DNA of 64,000 bases from a virus (IMGVR_UViG_3300017917_003016:96001-160000); one strand, 5' to 3'. Positions 27,956 to 35,552 are shown, counted from the first letter of the stretch. A program made the numbers and translations. Notes: generated by a model from the sequence alone, not told the origin.

Positions 27956-28852
27956 ATGACTCGATATTCTTCCTATCATGAATTTGATCAAGATACAAAA
28001 AACTTACCAAGAATAAGTTATCTTGAGACCATGCTGACCTATGCTTGCACACTGAGTTGTCGCAGTTGTACAAACTACAGCGACTACGGTATGAAAGGTG
28101 GGCATGTCAAATGGTCTACAGCGAAACCGTGGTTAGATGCATGGTTTGATCGTATACGAGTGGACTGCTTTGGTTTTATTGGTGGCGAACCTCTAATGAA
28201 TCCAGAATTAGAAACATGGATTAGAGAATTTCGTAAAAACTATCCATTTACTACAATTATGATTGTAACCAATGCTCAACTGTTTACAAAAAATCTTTGG
28301 ATACTAGATGTTATGGAAGAACTAGGTATGATTTACCTTAAGTTCACTAATCACATTCCCAAAGCCAAATATTTTACCAAAGCGGTGGATACAGTATTAT
28401 CTAGATTTCCGTGGGAATATAAACCCGAGTGGGAAAGGTATTTTTATCAAGAAAAAATTCTAGACTTTCTTGTTAGTGAATCACCAACTTTTATGAAAAC
28501 CTATCGGGGTGAGTATGGTTCAATGAAACCCTACAACAACGATCCACAACAGGCATTTAAGATTTGTAATCAACAAATTTGTCCTCTTCTTTATAACGGT
28601 CGCCTCTACAAGTGTAGCAGCCTAGGTATGCTATCGAGAGTTTTACAAGACCACGGCCAAGTTGACGATCCTGACTGGCAACCGTTTGTGCAAAATCAAG
28701 GATTGGATTTAAGTTGTTCTGATGAAGAATTGCGAGCATGGGCTGATAATTTTGGTAAGCCTATTAAAGAATGTAGGATGTGCCCAACAGAGAAAGATAA
28801 ACCTTTTCATTCTCACTATGACACAGTTGTTAATAGAATTAACATTTTTTAA
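27956..28852 (+). CDS. radical SAM protein with C-terminal Cys cluster (twitch/SPASM-like)
   Basis: CTLSCRSC, GGEPLMNP, TNA; C-terminal CNQQIC...YKCS...ECRMCP. Confidence 0.85.
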   Translation: MTRYSSYHEFDQDTKNLPRISYLETMLTYACTLSCRSCTNYSDYGMKGGHVKWSTAKPWLDAWFDRIRVDCFGFIGGEPLMNPELETWIREFRKNYPFTTIMIVTNAQLFTKNLWILDVMEELGMIYLKFTNHIPKAKYFTKAVDTVLSRFPWEYKPEWERYFYQEKILDFLVSESPTFMKTYRGEYGSMKPYNNDPQQAFKICNQQICPLLYNGRLYKCSSLGMLSRVLQDHGQVDDPDWQPFVQNQGLDLSCSDEELRAWADNFGKPIKECRMCPTEKDKPFHSHYDTVVNRINIF

Positions 28853-28943
28853 TAGAAATCACATGTGATTTTTTGGACAAGTATAAATAAAATGTATGGT
28901 TGATACAAGTCAACGTAAGTATTACAATAGGCGTTATACAAAG

Positions 28944-29069
28944 ATGAACACAAATCTTAACCTAAGACCAACACAGCCCAAAACACTAACCAGTGTTGTA
29001 GCATCCTATTGGTCACAGTTTGAGAGTCTAAATTGCGATCGCAGCATTGGCGGGGGGGTTCTAGGTTAA
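28944..29069 (+). CDS. 41-aa leader peptide of a putative transcription attenuator
   Basis: MNTNLNLRPTQPKTLTSVVASYWSQFESLNCDRSIGGGVLG; follows late promoter 28882; its last codons overlap the antiterminator arm. Confidence 0.6.
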   Translation: MNTNLNLRPTQPKTLTSVVASYWSQFESLNCDRSIGGGVLG

Positions 29070-29128
29070 CGGTATAGCAGCACATGCACACTAACTTAGG
29101 ACCCTGGACAGAAAATCCAGGGTTTTTT
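29056..29128 (+). terminator. conditional terminator with overlapping antiterminator
   Basis: Terminator accctgga-cagaaaa-tccagggt+T-run (29101-29128); mutually exclusive 13-bp helix 29056-68/29092-104. Confidence 0.75.
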
Positions 29129-29151
29129 GTTTTGTGCAGTAGAAAAAGAGG

Positions 29152-29180
29152 TTGACACTGGCGCAGATTAGTACTATACT
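29152..29180 (+). promoter_or_regulatory. sigma70-type promoter for the ncRNA/tRNA array
   Basis: TTGACA-17-TATACT. Confidence 0.85.
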
Positions 29181-29189
29181 GTGCAACAT

Positions 29190-29957
29190 GTTAACTAAAC
29201 ATGCGGTTGTAAGGTGTGGTGGGTAACGAGGACCCAGACAGCACTCTAAACATTGTCAAACGGGCGGAGGCTGGGAGTCACAACAAACAGTCAGGGTACA
29301 GACGGTGTACCCACTATACATAAGCACACTGAAGGGCATTACCGCGTGTCTAACACTGCCCGATGAGTTAGACCAGTGTGCTTATGTATAGTGAAATCAG
29401 TTTTGGGGAGGGCACCTCCGTGACGGGAGGTTTTGATCGCCAGTGCAGTTGGGTCCCGGGTTAGTGGACAGAAAGACTGCCCTGCGTCACCAGAGTGCAC
29501 ATCAAGCGCCTCTCCAACCCTTTTATGAGGCTGCAGCCTCATATACGGAAGATGAGTAAACTCGAGTAAAACTCATCAAGGCACAAACAGCGGAGGCGTA
29601 TCGTCCCTCCCATGCTGAACCTGACAGCCTGGAAAGACAGGCACTATAGATAAGTGCTGTCAAGGGTATCGTTACGGGACGCCGTAACTATGCGGGCCTA
29701 ACTGGCGTGGAACAGGTCCTGATATAACCGCTATACGCTGTGGGATGGAAGCACCAGACCCCTAAATTGGCAAGACAGCACTTTTCTATAGTTTTCAAAA
29801 ACTATAAATCTGCACGGTAGCGAAAGGAGTCTAGTCAACTCGCCCACCTGCAAGGGTAGTACATATGCCATCCCTGGCCCTGCTGACCCAGGATAACCCA
29901 GGTGACACCAGAGCCGCTTACATGAGGCTCACGCAGGGTGCAGATCTATAGTTTTTT
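29190..29957 (+). ncRNA. large structured non-coding RNA region of unknown class (several discrete domains)
   Basis: No credible ORF; GC-richer than flanks; many long helices: 29312-31/29374-93, 29403-11/29509-17, 29622-62 three-way junction, 29797-815/29938-56. Confidence 0.7.
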
Positions 29958-30045
29958 GGAAGTGCGGCTCAGATGGCGGATGGGCACCGGACTGTAAATT
30001 CGGCACACAGAAACGCAGTAGGTTCGAATCCTACCACTTCCACCA
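29958..30045 (+). tRNA. tRNA-Tyr(GTA)
   Basis: Cloverleaf with long variable arm, encoded CCA. Confidence 0.93.
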
Positions 30046-30048
30046 TTC

Positions 30049-30190
30049 AATGACGACCGGCTAAATCTGCGGAGTGCAGGCCCAGGTTGGGGGTGATACG
30101 CCACTCAAGTTCCAACCCGTCATTTATCAAAAAGGGAGAGCGTTGAGCATGAAACCATGCCTGCTCTTAAACGACAATGACTGCGTCCCT
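30049..30190 (+). ncRNA. two small structured RNA modules between tRNA-Tyr and tRNA-Glu
   Basis: aatgacg/cgtcatt closing helix with inner ggttggg/tccaacc and possible gagtg/cactc pseudoknot; aggga/tccct closing helix with gcatg-aaac-catgc hairpin. Confidence 0.5.
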
Positions 30191-30200
30191 AGAGATTCCC

Positions 30201-30278
30201 GTCCCTATAGATTACGATTGGTTAGATCATCACCCTTTCAAGGTGAAGAACCGGGATCGTCGCCCGGTAGGGACGCCA
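30201..30278 (+). tRNA. tRNA-Glu(TTC)
   Basis: Cloverleaf, CCA; atypical T-loop. Confidence 0.9.
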
Positions 30279-30284
30279 GTTTTA

Positions 30285-30373
30285 GGAGAGTTGCCAGAGT
30301 GGTAATGGAGCGGATTGCTAATCCGTCGTTTGCGAAAGCAGGCGCATTGGTTCGAATCCAATACTCTCCGCCA
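30285..30373 (+). tRNA. tRNA-Ser(GCT)
   Basis: Long variable arm, G73, CCA. Confidence 0.95.
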
Positions 30374-30378
30374 AGTAT

Positions 30379-30455
30379 GGTCTGTTAGAATAGTGGCCTA
30401 ATTCGCCTGCCTGTCACGCAGGAGATCAGGGGTTCAAATCCCCTACAGACCGCCA
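30379..30455 (+). tRNA. tRNA-Asp(GTC)
   Basis: Cloverleaf, CCA. Confidence 0.95.
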
Positions 30456-30457
30456 TT

Positions 30458-30532
30458 TGCCGCGTAGCTCAGAGGAAGAGCAATCGGTTGATAACCGATA
30501 GGTCGACATTTCAAAACTGTCCGTGGCAACCA
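30458..30532 (+). tRNA. tRNA-Ile(GAT)
   Basis: Cloverleaf, CCA; one T-stem mismatch. Confidence 0.88.
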
Positions 30533-30537
30533 ATTAT

Positions 30538-30611
30538 TGGGGTATGGTGAAATGGTATCACACAGGATTTTGATTCCCGTGTTCTTGGTTCGATTCCAAG
30601 TACCCCTGCCA
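30538..30611 (+). tRNA. tRNA-Gln(TTG)
   Basis: Cloverleaf, CCA. Confidence 0.92.
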
Positions 30612-30612
30612 A

Positions 30613-30688
30613 GGTAATGTAGCACAGCGGGAAGTGCAGCGTCTTCATATGTCGCAGGTCGTTGGTTCAAATCCAACCATTACCACCA
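30613..30688 (+). tRNA. tRNA-Met(CAT), probably elongator
   Basis: Cloverleaf, paired 1:72, CCA. Confidence 0.85.
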
Positions 30689-30692
30689 AAAT

Positions 30693-30769
30693 ACGCCTGT
30701 AGTTCAGCGGAATAGAACACTGGTCTACGAAACCAGAGGTCGGTGGTTTGAATCCACCCAGGTGTGCCA
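30693..30769 (+). tRNA. tRNA-Arg(ACG)
   Basis: Cloverleaf, CCA. Confidence 0.93.
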
Positions 30770-30835
30770 AATTTACTGATCAGTAAATTTACAGTTAAAA
30801 CTAACTGAATTAGTAAAATTATTACTGATCAGTAA
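30769..30835. repeat. array of AT-rich palindromes with ACTGATCAGT core
   Basis: 22-bp perfect palindrome 30769-90, degenerate copy about 30801-16, 14-bp perfect palindrome 30822-35. Confidence 0.85.
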
Positions 30836-30842
30836 ATTTTAT

Positions 30843-30917
30843 GGTGTCTGTAGTGTAGCGGCAACACTCAAGATTGTGGATCTTGCATCATGAGTTCGAA
30901 CCTCATCGGGCACCCCA
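30843..30917 (+). tRNA. tRNA-His(GTG)
   Basis: G-1:C73, CCA. Confidence 0.93.
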
Positions 30918-30918
30918 C

Positions 30919-30947
30919 TTGACAATTGGTCAGTTTACAGTTATAAT
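30919..30947 (+). promoter_or_regulatory. sigma70-type promoter
   Basis: TTGACA-17-TATAAT. Confidence 0.88.
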
Positions 30948-30970
30948 TATGAAAATTTAAAGGAGGCAAC

Positions 30971-31528
30971 ATGCCAGCAACATTTTTGGTCAGCGACACG
31001 CATTTTGGTCACGCTGGCGTCTGCCGATTCCTGCGTGAGGATGGTACTAAACTCAGACCATTTGACACGCCCGAAGACATGGACGAATTCATGATCAAGG
31101 CGTGGAACGACCGTGTTAAGCCTAACGACAAGGTCTACCATCTCGGTGATGTGGTCATTAACCGCAAGTCTCTCAAAACTCTTGCTCGCCTTAACGGTGA
31201 CAAAGTGCTTATCAAGGGTAACCACGATATCTTTGCACTAGAGGATTATACCACCTACTTTAGAGATATTCGCGGTTATCACGTCATGAATGGCATGATC
31301 CTTAGTCATATCCCTGTGCATGCAGACAGTCTTGCACGTTTTGGTACCAACATTCACGGACATCTGCACGCCAATCGTGTCATGAAAGATGGAGTTATTG
31401 ATCCAAGATACCACTGTGTTTGTGTAGAGCACACCGACTATGCTCCTATACTGTTTGAGGATGTAATCAAACGTATTCTAGAAGAAGGCGGCAGTGTGGG
31501 TTTTAGGAACGGCAACGGTCCACTTTAA
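30971..31528 (+). CDS. calcineurin-like phosphoesterase
   Basis: SDTHFGH, HLGDV, KGNHD, LSHIP, HGHLH. Confidence 0.9.
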   Translation: MPATFLVSDTHFGHAGVCRFLREDGTKLRPFDTPEDMDEFMIKAWNDRVKPNDKVYHLGDVVINRKSLKTLARLNGDKVLIKGNHDIFALEDYTTYFRDIRGYHVMNGMILSHIPVHADSLARFGTNIHGHLHANRVMKDGVIDPRYHCVCVEHTDYAPILFEDVIKRILEEGGSVGFRNGNGPL

Positions 31529-32541
31529 TAGGCCAGCAGATTTCTTGCTGGCCTAATCCAATCAGTCATTAGAAAATGCTGCTTGTTGTGATCTAATACA
31601 GGTTGCAACCTTTCAATTATTTGTCTGGGGTTCTGTTGACAAAGATATTCAACCTGCTGCCACGCTAGTTTGAATCGTGTTTGATCATTGGCATGGTCAT
31701 CATAACTTTCATCGATTACACTACTAAAAGTTTGAAAACCTAATTTTTTTAGATTTCTTAGATAGTGTTGACCTGCAAACACAACAAAAGGTCTTAATGC
31801 TACTATAGGTTTTGCAACTTTTTCTGTAAAATGACTGTATTCGTTTGTGGATATGGTCTCGGCAACAACGGAGTAGTAACTGTTGTTATAGATATCAGTG
31901 GGTATCATAGCACTGACGCGAGCGTCCTCATCGTCAATTTTAAATTGATTAGAAGTAAGAGGTACTCCAAGTTTTGAAGGATGATATTTTGAATCCCATA
32001 GACCATTTTCTATGCGGTATTTAAAATAAGAAAAAATAATTTGATCTTTATACGGACTAGTCTGATATAACTTTTCAATAAAATCTCTATGAGTTTTTGT
32101 TGAGCCCAAAAGACAATCAAACATTTTTGGTCTATCATAGGTATGATTTAGTTGCCCTAGTAATTTTTTAGCCCAGTTAGCAGTAGCATAGTAATTAACA
32201 TGATCAATGAACCAACAGACTAAAGGTAAACATCTAGCATGATTTAGATTAAAATTGAGAATTGTATCACTAAAAAAAATTATTTTTTCGTAGTCATTGG
32301 CTTTGATAAAATCAGCATAGTTAGTTGATTCGTTATGCACTGCTTCATTGTTATAGACAAAAAGTCTGGTACACCTGTTCAACAAATGGTTGATGATCTC
32401 AGACTGCTGATCATAGTCATAGGTATAAAAATCGATGGCAATCGTATCGGCTGATCTATCAAATTTGATAAAATCATCAGGTTCAATAAGATGATGTTCT
32501 TGTTGATTAAACTGCCAAAAAAAGGGTCCGGAATAAATCAT
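31525..32541 (-). CDS. glycosyltransferase-like phage family protein (paralog 2 of 3)
   Basis: YSVVAETI...FTEKVAKPI...GFQTFSSVIDESYD. Confidence 0.7.
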   Translation of the reverse strand: MIYSGPFFWQFNQQEHHLIEPDDFIKFDRSADTIAIDFYTYDYDQQSEIINHLLNRCTRLFVYNNEAVHNESTNYADFIKANDYEKIIFFSDTILNFNLNHARCLPLVCWFIDHVNYYATANWAKKLLGQLNHTYDRPKMFDCLLGSTKTHRDFIEKLYQTSPYKDQIIFSYFKYRIENGLWDSKYHPSKLGVPLTSNQFKIDDEDARVSAMIPTDIYNNSYYSVVAETISTNEYSHFTEKVAKPIVALRPFVVFAGQHYLRNLKKLGFQTFSSVIDESYDDHANDQTRFKLAWQQVEYLCQQNPRQIIERLQPVLDHNKQHFLMTDWIRPARNLLAY

Positions 32542-32592
32542 ACAGAATATTTAGCAAGTGTCAAGAGTCTCTATCCCTTATAAATATTTGAA

Positions 32593-33099
32593 ATGAAAAG
32601 ATACTTTTGGATCATAGCATTTTTATTGTCTCCTGCTAGAGCATCTGATACTATTGATTTTGATAAATTATCGCGAGAGACATTTGATCTATATCCTATA
32701 AAAGTAGAATATAGTCAACCTCCTTTAGAACGCATTTCTCCACAGGAACTACATCAATGGATCTGCGGAGACAAATGTCCTGAAGGCATTGAAGTCAAAG
32801 GAGTGTACTTCCAAGGAACAATTTATTTGATTGATAATATTGTTACCTGGGACGACTGGGAAAAAAGTCTTTATGTACATGAGGTCGTGCACTATATACA
32901 GGATTTGATAGGCAAAACTACCAGATCTGGTAGAGAACCATGTACAAATCATCTGGCATTAGAACTAGAAGCCTATAGCCTACAAAGTCAATGGCTCAGG
33001 CAACACGGAAAATTTATCAAACATTCAGACATAGTTGATCTAGCCAGGGCAAGTGCAGCCAGAGGCTGCAAAAAAACAGTTGACACTGTAAAAAAGTGA
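32593..33099 (+). CDS. exported HExxH protein (paralog of 35553-36047)
   Basis: Signal peptide; YVHEVVHYIQ ... ELEAY..Q. Confidence 0.65.
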   Translation: MKRYFWIIAFLLSPARASDTIDFDKLSRETFDLYPIKVEYSQPPLERISPQELHQWICGDKCPEGIEVKGVYFQGTIYLIDNIVTWDDWEKSLYVHEVVHYIQDLIGKTTRSGREPCTNHLALELEAYSLQSQWLRQHGKFIKHSDIVDLARASAARGCKKTVDTVKK

Positions 33100-33108
33100 C
33101 TATATAAT
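33080..33108 (+). promoter_or_regulatory. sigma70-type promoter for the second tRNA block
   Basis: TTGACA-17-TATAAT. Confidence 0.88.
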
Positions 33109-33153
33109 AGATGTATTGGTTAGACACGTTCATTAAAAATTTAGCAGTTCAGT

Positions 33154-33228
33154 CGCGGGATAGTGAAATGGCATCACGGTGGTCTCATAAGCCACAGTTC
33201 CTAGTTCGAATCTAGGTCTCCGCAACCA
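33154..33228 (+). tRNA. tRNA-Met(CAT), initiator-like
   Basis: C1:A72 mismatch; lacks the 3GC anticodon-stem pairs; CCA. Confidence 0.8.
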
Positions 33229-33234
33229 GATTTT

Positions 33235-33309
33235 GCCGCGTTAGCACAGTGGTAGTGCAACGGTTTTGTAAACCGTAGGTCGTCTGTTCGAATCAGACAC
33301 GCGGCACCA
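33235..33309 (+). tRNA. tRNA-Thr(TGT)
   Basis: Cloverleaf, CCA. Confidence 0.95.
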
Positions 33310-33316
33310 GATTATT

Positions 33317-33399
33317 GCCCGGGTGGTGGAATTGGTAGACACGCTGGTCTTAGAAGCCAGTGCTTCGGCGTAAGTGTTCGAGTCTCTTCTTGGGCACCA
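33317..33399 (+). tRNA. tRNA-Leu(TAG)
   Basis: Long variable arm, CCA. Confidence 0.92.
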
Positions 33400-33406
33400 A
33401 AGTTTT

Positions 33407-33480
33407 GCGGCGTTCGTAAAATGGTATTACCTTAGCCTTCCAAGCTAAAGTCGCGAGTTCGATTCTCGCACGCCGCTCCA
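33407..33480 (+). tRNA. tRNA-Gly(TCC)
   Basis: Cloverleaf, U73, CCA. Confidence 0.95.
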
Positions 33481-33484
33481 AGTT

Positions 33485-33575
33485 TCACATAAGTCAGATG
33501 AAGATGATGCCGTTGAAAGCGTGTGAAGATAGTGGACGATAAAACTTTAATTATAGCAGTACACTGGCTTATGTG
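33485..33575 (+). ncRNA. putative small RNA closed by a 13-bp stem
   Basis: tcacataagtcag/ctggcttatgtga; shares ACATAAG/CTTATGT with the 29312-29393 stem. Confidence 0.5.
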
Positions 33576-33579
33576 ATTT

Positions 33580-33655
33580 GGGGGTGTAGCTCAGTTGGGA
33601 GAGCGCCAGCTTTGCAAGCTGGATGTCGCAAGTTCGATCCTTGTCACCTCCACCA
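33580..33655 (+). tRNA. tRNA-Ala(TGC)
   Basis: G3:U70, CCA. Confidence 0.96.
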
Positions 33656-33662
33656 AATTTCT

Positions 33663-33738
33663 GCGGGCGTAACTCAGTTGGGAGAGTGCAACCTTGCCAA
33701 GGTTGATGTCGAGAGTTCGAACCTCTTCGCCCGCTCCA
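33663..33738 (+). tRNA. tRNA-Gly(GCC)
   Basis: Cloverleaf, CCA. Confidence 0.96.
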
Positions 33739-33745
33739 TGTTTTT

Positions 33746-33821
33746 GGAAGGTTAGCTCAGTTGGTAGAGCATCGCCCTTACAAGGCGAGGGTCACTGGTT
33801 CGAGCCCAGTACCTTCCACCA
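33746..33821 (+). tRNA. tRNA-Val(TAC)
   Basis: Cloverleaf, CCA. Confidence 0.96.
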
Positions 33822-33826
33822 AACAC

Positions 33827-34036
33827 TACCGTGTCCTGACGGTTTATCAGGAGGTTGTGAGTATAGGTTGGCCAAACCTTCCAGAAACTCTCAGGTGCTC
33901 TGTCCACCTTAAGGCTACAGCGTAGACGTAGGCCCTGCGATAACGGCCCGCAGGTGTGATGTTCCTCTAGAGTGAACATACGGACAGGGTAACAACTCAG
34001 TTAGGGGCCATGGTGGTGCAGGTAGCCTAACACTGA
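33827..34036 (+). ncRNA. approximately 210-nt structured RNA between tRNA-Val and tRNA-Asn
   Basis: taccgtgtcc/ggacagggta closing helix, tcctga-cggttta-tcagga hairpin, 3' tcag-ttagg/cctaa-ctga domain; no ORF with an RBS. Confidence 0.55.
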
Positions 34037-34040
34037 CACT

Positions 34041-34117
34041 TCCCCGATAGCTCAGTTGGTAGTAGCAATGGACTGTTAATCCATGTGTCCCTGGTTCGAG
34101 CCCAGGTCGGGGAGCCA
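34041..34117 (+). tRNA. tRNA-Asn(GTT)
   Basis: Cloverleaf, CCA. Confidence 0.95.
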
Positions 34118-34122
34118 TTATT

Positions 34123-34199
34123 CGGACATTAGCGCAGCCCGGTAGCGCATCTGCTTTGGGAGCAGAGGGTCGTAGGTTCGAATCCTACATGTCCGACCA
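34123..34199 (+). tRNA. tRNA-Pro(TGG)
   Basis: Cloverleaf, CCA. Confidence 0.96.
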
Positions 34200-34224
34200 T
34201 TTTTAATTTAACTAAAGGTAATGT

Positions 34225-34695
34225 ATGCAAAAACTTGACTTTGACGAAGTGCGGACGTTTATTCAGCAGCAAAGCCCAGAAACCAAAATCTACATTGGTG
34301 GCGATAGTCGTAGATTTCGTAAGGACAATACCTGGCATGCTGAATACACCCTTGCTGTTGTAGTTCATATCGATGGCAAGCATGGCTGCAAGATTTTTGG
34401 TGAGTCTTGCATTGAGCGTGATTTTGATCAACGTCGAGACCGCCCTAGCATGCGTCTTATGAATGAAGTCTACAAGATTAGTGAACTTTACCTTAAGTTA
34501 CACGAAGTTTTAGAAGATCGTGATGTTGAAGTACACCTAGATATTAACCCCAATGAAATGTACGGCAGTAGTTGTGTGGTACAACAGGCAGTGGGTTATA
34601 TTCGTGGTGTATGTAATGTTGTACCAATGGTTAAGCCTCGTGCGTTTGCTGCCAGTTACGCCGCAGACAGACTCAAGGAGGTATTGGCAGCATAA
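34225..34695 (+). CDS. RNase H-like YkuK-family protein
   Basis: KIYIGGDS, RLMNEVYK, EVHLDIN, KP.AFAASYAAD. Confidence 0.8.
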   Translation: MQKLDFDEVRTFIQQQSPETKIYIGGDSRRFRKDNTWHAEYTLAVVVHIDGKHGCKIFGESCIERDFDQRRDRPSMRLMNEVYKISELYLKLHEVLEDRDVEVHLDINPNEMYGSSCVVQQAVGYIRGVCNVVPMVKPRAFAASYAADRLKEVLAA

Positions 34696-34703
34696 AAGTT
34701 TAC

Positions 34704-34779
34704 GGGACGGTAGCTCAGTTGGTAGAGCAGCGGACTTTTAATCCGTTGGTCGCGAGTTCGAACCTCGCTCGTCCTACCA
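34704..34779 (+). tRNA. tRNA-Lys(TTT)
   Basis: Cloverleaf, CCA. Confidence 0.96.
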
Positions 34780-34799
34780 ATATTAAAGGAGATCACAAA

Positions 34800-34982
34800 A
34801 TGAAAACGGTGGTTTTTAAAAATCGAAGATCAAATGAAAAATTTGTCTGCGACAACGTCCGTGATGTCCGTGTGATTGAAGGAGTTGAATATCTACAGGT
34901 ACATCGTCCGGACAATCCTAGAAACTTTTTGATGCGTAAAGATGCACTAGAAAGGGTAGAATCATCCCGCTTGCCGCGTTAG
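34800..34982 (+). CDS. hypothetical protein (60 aa)
   Basis: AAGGAG RBS, ATG 34800. Confidence 0.7.
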   Translation: MKTVVFKNRRSNEKFVCDNVRDVRVIEGVEYLQVHRPDNPRNFLMRKDALERVESSRLPR

Positions 34983-35324
34983 GAAGTTGGCTCGCATGCT
35001 CTTTGGTTTGAAATATTCACGCACAACTTCTTTGACAATATCTATGCTGAATTCTTTGCAACTAAAAACGTCTAGATATAGATCGCCGGTTGAATCTATA
35101 AAGTGTGCAACAATACTGGATGTAACTATGATCTGCACAGCAGTGAATCCTGCTTTGTCGGGTTGATCTCCTGCTGTGTATTCTATCCAAGGTGTGCCAA
35201 TTGGCTCCATGTCAATTCTTTGCACTAGTTCTTCGATAAAGTTTTTAACATTCCATTTTTCCATGATCAGTGCACGGTTGCAGTCATGACAGTCTAATGT
35301 TAGATGATAACCCCAAAAACTCAT
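34962..35324 (-). CDS. speD: S-adenosylmethionine decarboxylase proenzyme
   Basis: WGYHL.LDC; G.TAVQII.TSSI.AH (putative autocleavage Ser); YLDVFSCK.F. Confidence 0.85.
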   Translation of the reverse strand: MSFWGYHLTLDCHDCNRALIMEKWNVKNFIEELVQRIDMEPIGTPWIEYTAGDQPDKAGFTAVQIIVTSSIVAHFIDSTGDLYLDVFSCKEFSIDIVKEVVREYFKPKSMRANFLTRQAG

Positions 35325-35395
35325 TGATGTCTCCTTGACATAGAATTCGTAAGAAAGTATAGTTATTTATTGTGCAGAGCAAAAAGTTAGATATA

Positions 35396-35469
35396 CCCGG
35401 TGTAGTTTAATGGTAGAACCGCAGCCTCCAAATCTGCATGTGGGAGTTCGATTCTCTCCACCGGGCCCA
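35396..35469 (+). tRNA. tRNA-Trp(CCA)
   Basis: Cloverleaf, CCA; unusual C73 and one anticodon-stem mismatch. Confidence 0.8.
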
Positions 35470-35474
35470 TTTAT

Positions 35475-35552
35475 GTAGAGGTGGCAGAGTGGCCCAATGC
35501 AAGGGATTGCAAATCCCTAAAACCGTGAGTTCGAATCTCACCCTCTACTCCA
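35475..35552 (+). tRNA. tRNA-Cys(GCA)
   Basis: U73, CCA. Confidence 0.93.

Noticed and set aside
27956-28852. Radical SAM gene after pqqA as PqqE
   Set aside because: Separated from pqqA by a strong terminator, no PqqD/RRE partner or pqqBC nearby, and it lacks the PqqE-like ELTYRCPL.C.YCSNP context. Similar radical SAM genes are scattered through this genome. A PqqE HMM search would settle it.
29348-29373. TAACACTGCC resembles the twister ribozyme core; CCGATGAG resembles the hammerhead core
   Set aside because: The twister L4 (UCCC..GC) and GAGGG partner strands are absent, and no GAAA is positioned after a stem II for a hammerhead.
29190-29957. RNase P, SRP or group I intron assignment for the structured region
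   Set aside because: The conserved RNase P (GAGGAAAGUCC), SRP domain IV and group I P7 signatures were not found by eye.
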